This document shows, piece after piece, positions 58,250 to 64,000 of a stretch of DNA of 64,000 bases. This DNA is from Macrostomum lignano (taxonomy: Eukaryota). The stretch spans positions 1 through 64,000 of the forward strand of contig NIVC01003356.1 in the NCBI GenBank assembly GCA_002269645.1. Reading direction: 5' to 3'. Every line of letters starts with the position of its first letter. The stretch's first letter is position 1. The notes beneath the pieces were generated by a model that saw only the letters and a program-made list of their open reading frames with translations, searched no databases and was not told the DNA's origin. Both the position numbers and the translations under genes were made by a program.

Positions 58250-59873
58250 ATGGCGTCACACCTGCTGCGATCTGCAAAGGGCCTGCTGTGCGACATTTCC
58301 GGCGTGCTTTACGACCCGGATGGATCAGGCGGCAGACTGATTGAAGGATCCATTGAGGCGGTCAAAAGGTAACTGTACAGGAAACCTACGCTCGTACATT
58401 GTCTGAGTAGATTTCAACCCACCTTTGACTGGCCTTAAGTCTTCAGAGACTTAGCCTGTAAGTAAAGAGTAACCCGTAAAATTCTAGGAATATTTTCTGA
58501 TCTTGTTTTAAGAATCGTGCAAAATCTCACCCTGAGAATCACTTTCGAATCTCACCCTGAGAATCACTTTTGAATCTCACCCTGAGAATCACTTTTGAAT
58601 CTCACCTGGAGAATCACTTTTAAATCTCACCCTGAGAATCACTTTTGAATCTCACCCTGAGAATCACTTTTGAATCTCACCCTGAGAATCACTTTCGAAT
58701 CTCACCCTGAGAATCACTTTCGAATCTCACCCTGAGAATCACTTTCGAATCTCACCCTGAGAATCACTTTCGAATCTCACCCTGAGAATCACTTTCGAAT
58801 CTCACCCTGAGAATCACTTTCGAATCTCACCCTGAGAATCACTTTCGAATCTCACCCTGAGAATCACTTTTGAATCTCACCCTGAGAATCACTTTCGAAT
58901 CTCACCCTAAGAATCACACCCATAGCTCACCCTGAGAATCGCTTTCGAATCTCACCCTGAGAATCACTTTTGAATCTCACCCTGAGAATCACTTTTGAAT
59001 CTCACCCTGAGAATCACTTTCGAATCTCACCCTGAGAATCACTTTCGAATCTCACCCTGAGAATCACTTTCGAATCTCACCCTGAGAATCACTTTCGAAT
59101 TTCACCCTGAGAATCACTTTCGAATCTCACCCTAAGAATCACACCCGTAGCTCACCCTGAGAATCGCTTTCGAATCTCACCCTGAGAATCACTCTTGAAT
59201 CTCACCCTAAGAATCACACCCAAATCTCACTCTGAGAATAACACCCAAATCTCACCCTAAGAATTCTCCCCTTGAAAATCACACCCAAATCTCACCCTGA
59301 GAATCGCCATTGAATCTCACCCTAAGAATAACACTCTACTGGTAATCTCGCCATGAGAGTCGCTTTCGAATCTCACCCTTAGAATCATACCCAAGTCTCA
59401 CCCTGAAGATTACACTCGAATCTCACCCTAAGAATCGCCATGAATTTCACCCTGAGAGTCGCCATTAATCTCACCCTGAGAATCCCTTTCGAATCTCACC
59501 CTGAGAATTTCTCACCCTGAGAATCCCTTTCGAATCTCACCCTGAGAATCGCACTCGAATCTCATACTGAGAGTCACTCCTGAGTCTCACCGTGAGAATC
59601 ACTCTGATACATGTACATGTTAACCCTGAATTCACATGTATCAATCATAATTAAGCCAAAACTCGCCTTCTGCTTTCCAACCCAGATTGAAAGACGCTCG
59701 ATTTCCGCTGAAATTTGTCACCAACGAGAGTCAGACGACTCGAGCTGGGCTGACGGCAAAGCTTCAACATCTCGGCTTCTCAGTGACGGAGGAGGACATC
59801 CTGTCACCAGTGACTGCTGTCCGGGCGGTGCTGAAGGAGCGGAATTGGAAAGCTCATCTGCTGGTGCACGAGG
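58250..59873 (+). CDS. LHPP: LHPP (HAD-family phospholysine/phosphohistidine/pyrophosphate phosphatase), exons 1-2 only: 58250-58368, 59686-59873
   Basis: MASHLLRSAKGLLCDISGVLYD..GGRLIEGSIEAVKR|LKDARFPLKFVTNESQTTRAGLTAKLQHLGFSV..HLLVHE matches the LHPP N-terminus (DISGVLY motif I, TNES motif II). The intron is phase-2 GT-AG. Later exons are not in the window. Confidence 0.88.
58522..59605 (+). repeat. 25-bp minisatellite, LHPP intron 1
   Basis: GAATCTCACCCTGAGAATCACTTTC with period 25. Confidence 0.97.
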
Positions 59874-59874
59874 G

Positions 59875-60375
59875 TGAGATCTTTTGCTGAGATTATGAAG
59901 CGATTCGCAGAATGAGATTCTGTGTGGTTCTCAGAATGAGATTCGGGGCGATTCTCAGGGTGAGATTCGAAAGCGATGGGGTGAGATTCGAGTGTGATTT
60001 TCAGGGTGAGATTCAAAAGGGATTCTCAGGGTGAGATTCGAAAGCGATGGGGTGAGATTCGAGTGTGATTTTCAGGGTGAGATTCAAAAGGGATTCTCAG
60101 GGTGAGATTCGAAAGCGATTCTTAGGGTGAGATTCGAGTGTGATTTTCAGAGTGAGATTCATGGCGATTCTCAGGCTTCTTTGAGGCGATTCTCAGAGTG
60201 AGATTCATGGCGATTCTCATTCTTCTTTGAGGCGATTCTCAGGGTGAGATTCATGGAGATTCTCAGTATGAGATTCATGGCGATTCTCAGTATGAGATTT
60301 ATGGCGATTCTCAGGATAAGACTCATGGATATTCTCAGGTTGAGATTCCATATAATACTCGTAGTTGAGATTCTG
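59875..60375 (-). repeat. Same 25-bp minisatellite in inverted orientation, LHPP intron 2
   Basis: GATTCTCAGGGTGAGATTCGAAAGC is the reverse complement of the intron-1 unit. Confidence 0.93.
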
Positions 60376-61407
60376 ATTGAGATCGTGACTGTTTCAGTAT
60401 AAATGCGTTTCTTTTTATTTTGAACAAAATTTTATTGACAATCATTAATCTCTAATATATTATTATCGATTATTAATATGGAAAAAACAATAAATTTACT
60501 CAGTGTAAGCATTTATCTTTTATTCAATGGTGTACAAGTATATTCTATTTATAACTAATATATATTATAAGTTAAACAAGACGATAATGAACAGGTTACA
60601 TGCGCCTGACAAAACAATATATGACCGTAAAAGTAGCACAGAATGAGCAAATCAATGCGTGCAATTATAACAAAGTTTCTTTAAGTAGCGAGTTACAAAA
60701 TCGTGCAGCATTTCATAGTGCACAAGGCGAAAGAGGCTTTCAAGACGAGCTGAGGGACTTATTTCTTTTTTGGGCCGTCAGAATTTGTCAAATTGGTGTA
60801 AAAAAATAAGGTCCTAAAATGTCTGAACTGTATACTGTTAGTAGTCTGATGGCACAACATGCTTATAAAAGTAATGAAAGCTAAAAATTAAGAAAGTTAA
60901 TAATAATAATTGACATTTTACTGCGCTGTTTGAAAAATTGGCAGAGAAACTTTTATTTATAACAAATAAAATAACATGGTCAAATAAGCAATATTTTGTT
61001 AGCGTCGAACTACACTACTGTTTAGATAGAGTAAGTAGTCAGTGGCAGAATTTGCTAATAATGTTTTGTTTGGTGGCATCCTAGATTTTAATAAATAATT
61101 AACTACAGAAACGGCCAAAGTTATTGTTGTGTAACTTGTGCGTGACGTGAGGGAACACGTGAGAAAGACGCACGGCCAGGGGACTTAAAGTTCATTGTGT
61201 TCTTATAATTCGCTAGTATAAATTACAAATTTACAGCACTAGAGTGGGGGGCCTCGTGTTTTAACCGTATTATTGACATCGACAGTGTAAAATTTTATAT
61301 TTTCAACACCCAGACTACCTATCACAGTAAAGCTATATTGTGTTTTCTTGTAGTCTTTTTAAAAGTACTTCTAAAACTTTAAATTGACTTAAATCGAAGA
61401 CTTTAGT

Positions 61408-63691
61408 TCACTCTCCATCGGACACTGGCTGCGGTTGGACACCGCAGTGCTGGAAATATTCCTGAGGTCCGCAGCGGACAACATCTTCCATGTTCATGGC
61501 GAACCGGTACACGTAGCGTTTGCCGGTGGTCTTCTCAATGATTCTCTTGTCGTAGTAGTACCGAAGGCCCCTGCTCAGCTTCTCGTAATTCATTTTCGGC
61601 TTGTTCTTGCGCTGGCCCTGGAGTTGATGGAGTGAGTTTAAGAGTGAGTTAAAGTGAGAAATTTCCTTGAGCGGCCATATTCAATTAGCAACAGGCGATT
61701 CACACCATGAAGGCCAACCCTGTACACCCTGTCCCGCTGAAAACGATCCCGTGGCAAGAATTGCTAAAAAAGCCGTTGTAAACAACTTTCTAGTGCCTCT
61801 TGTGACTTTTTAACGATTCAAACGCGTCTAATGTCACTAAAAGAGGCGACTGTTGCGTCACAAGCGCCTCTCGTGAGTTGTAGTTTGTAGTTTGTAGTTT
61901 GCAACGACTCTGCCCGCAGCCCCTCAAACCCCAGTGACATTCGTTGCCAAGAGAACTATAAAGTCAGCTCACCCAGCGCCTTGCAACTTCGTCCGGATCC
62001 TTGAGCTTGAACTCCCACTGGCCCTGACCGGTCCAGCAGATGTGCCGGTCAGACGCGGGGTTCGACAGTTCTTCAAGCAGGAACTGCCACAGGTGAACCT
62101 GGCCACCGCCGCCTCCGCCACCTCCGGCAGCGCTGCCACCTTCGCTGGTTGGTACTTCACTGGCCGTAGTGGTAGTTCTAGGAGCAGTCGAGGAGCTTCT
62201 ACTGCCTCGCTGTTGTACCAGCGGTTGCTGCTGTTGTTGACGCTGTCTTTGATGTGCCTGCTGCTGCTTCGGCTGCGTCTGCTGCTGCTGTTGCTGAATT
62301 AATGAATCTAATTGAGCGAAACCATCAAGTTGCTGCTGCTGCTGCTGCATCATGGTAGCCTCTTTGCCAGAGTTCAGAAGGAACCCATCATCTTGATCGA
62401 GTACGTAACCGCGGTCGTTTATTGTTGAGTAGCAGAAGTACTGTTGCTGCTGGTGCTGATGTTGCTGCTGTTGAACTGTATTAGGAAAGTTATTAGCCAT
62501 AAAAAGTTCATTGCACAGCTGCGTTTCAGTTGGCAGTTCATGACCGATCTGGTAGCCGCCTGGTGGATAGCAGGAGTCGTAGCTGAATAAATCACAGTGA
62601 CCTTGATGACCTGGCCACGCTGGCAGTGACTGCTGTTGAGACGGCTGGTACTGCTGAGTCTGCTGCTGCTGCTGCTGCGGCTGGTACTGCTGCGGCTGCA
62701 TGAGGTGTCTGTGGTGCAGCTGCAGCTCGGTTGAGTAAGGATCCATTTCTGCAAAACGTTTGACAAGAAATGTTGTCGTGTTTTTGTTGCTGTATCTGGG
62801 ATGATTAGTCTGCAGTCGTAGGGAGTGGGCTAAGAGGAATAAGTGCGATTAAAGAGACGTTCTTAAATGATTCTTAGAAATGGATTTGAAAGACGTTTTT
62901 TTGAAATAAATCTAAAGGGTGATTCTTAGAAACAGATCTTAAGGGTGATTCTTAGAAATAAATCTAAATGGTGATTCTTAGAAATAAATCTAAATGGTGA
63001 TTCTTAGATATAAATCTAAAGGGTGATTCTTAGAAATGGATTTGAAGGACGATTCTTAGAAAGGATTAGAAGTGCGATTCTTAGAAAGGATTAGAAGTGC
63101 GATTCTTAGAAATAGATTCGAAGGACGATTCTTAAAAATGGATCTGAAGGGTGATTCTTAGAAATAGATTTAAGGTTGATTCTTAGAAATTATTTGAACG
63201 ACGATTCTTAGAAATGGATTTGAAGGGCTAGAAAAACATTAGAAAGACGATCCTAGGAAAATATTGAATGGTTTATTCTTAAAGACAATTTAAAGGGGCA
63301 ATTCCTAAAAACACATGTAGAAGACGATTCAAAAGGCGATTGTTATAATAAATAAAATTTATTATCTTAAACCAGCGAAACTAAAGACATGATAAAATAG
63401 ATAAAAATACTTATTCACCTTGCATAAAACCATCAGTACTGCTACTCCACCAGCTTCCATTGTTATAATCCGGATGATGCTGCACATGTTGCTGCTGTTG
63501 CTGTTGCTGGTACATGCCTTCTGCTCCGCCTCCACCACCACCGCTACCGAAGTCAGCCTGCAGAGGAATTTCCTCTTTCTGAATCGATTCAGAAGTCAGC
63601 AACAATCCCGAGTCCGAGTCCTGAGCATCTCCGCTTGTTGCGGCGGCGACTTCTTGACGACTGTCGTTTGAAGATTTCGCCGGCTCAGCAA
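61408..63691 (-). CDS. ETS1: ETS transcription factor, ETS1/ETS2/pointed class, 3' part. Exons: 63691-63419, 62748-61973, 61617-61408 (5' exons beyond window)
   Basis: ETS domain [37 protein letters not shown]|[39 protein letters not shown]. Gln-rich N-terminal region. Splice phases are consistent. The symbol denotes the ETS1/2 group only. Confidence 0.92.
62860..63335. repeat. 25-26-bp degenerate minisatellite, ETS intron
   Basis: GGGTGATTCTTAGAAATGGATTTGAA-type units. Confidence 0.9.
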
Positions 63692-64000
63692 CTGACAGTT
63701 GGGAGAGGTGGACAAGGGACGTTGTTTGAGTAAATTACTTTTTTTTCCAAAAACAGGCAGATATTCAATCGAATAGGGGTAATATAAATTTGTTGATCTA
63801 TTTACAATGTTTAGTTCTACTTTGCTGTCACCTTTATTTGCGACTGTGGCTTGGGCCCTGTGCGAAACTGTCAGCCAGTCAGGGCGATTGGGGCCTGTGA
63901 GTCACAGGCCATGTGCATTTAGTGTGGCGTGTAGGTTATGTATATCTGTGAAGGAGAATACCTGTGTATCTATATACCTGTGTATCTAAATACCTGTGTA

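Overview
AT-rich, intron- and repeat-dense eukaryotic (invertebrate metazoan) DNA. The style suggests a free-living flatworm such as Macrostomum, but that is inference and was not verified. Five protein-coding loci were reconstructed by hand from GT-AG splice sites and reading phase. (1) A 24-exon minus-strand gene (22747 to at least 2280) encoding a secreted mosaic protein of about 1,460 aa or more: signal peptide, 6 F5/8-type-C (discoidin)-like domains, 2 C-type lectin domains, an F-type-lectin-like domain and a FAMeT-like domain. (2) An 11-exon galactocerebrosidase (GALC, GH59) at 26211-38392 (+). (3) An intronless class A peptide-type GPCR at 56429-57655 (-). (4) The first two exons of LHPP at 58250-59873 (+). 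(5) The 3' exons of an ETS1/2/pointed-class factor at 61408-63691 (-), apparently inside LHPP intron 2. Mobile DNA comprises a 5'-truncated RTE-like LINE with an intact RT ORF and 12-bp TSD, two hAT-type MITEs with 8-bp TSDs carrying the same 21-bp minisatellite, a foldback element inserted in a 27-bp minisatellite, DIRS/Ngaro and hAT remnants, tRNA-derived SINEs and a Helitron-like unit. About 20 mini- and microsatellite arrays fill introns and intergenic space and account for nearly all the long repetitive ORFs. Isolated 1-nt frame breaks in otherwise clean genes probably reflect assembly indels.
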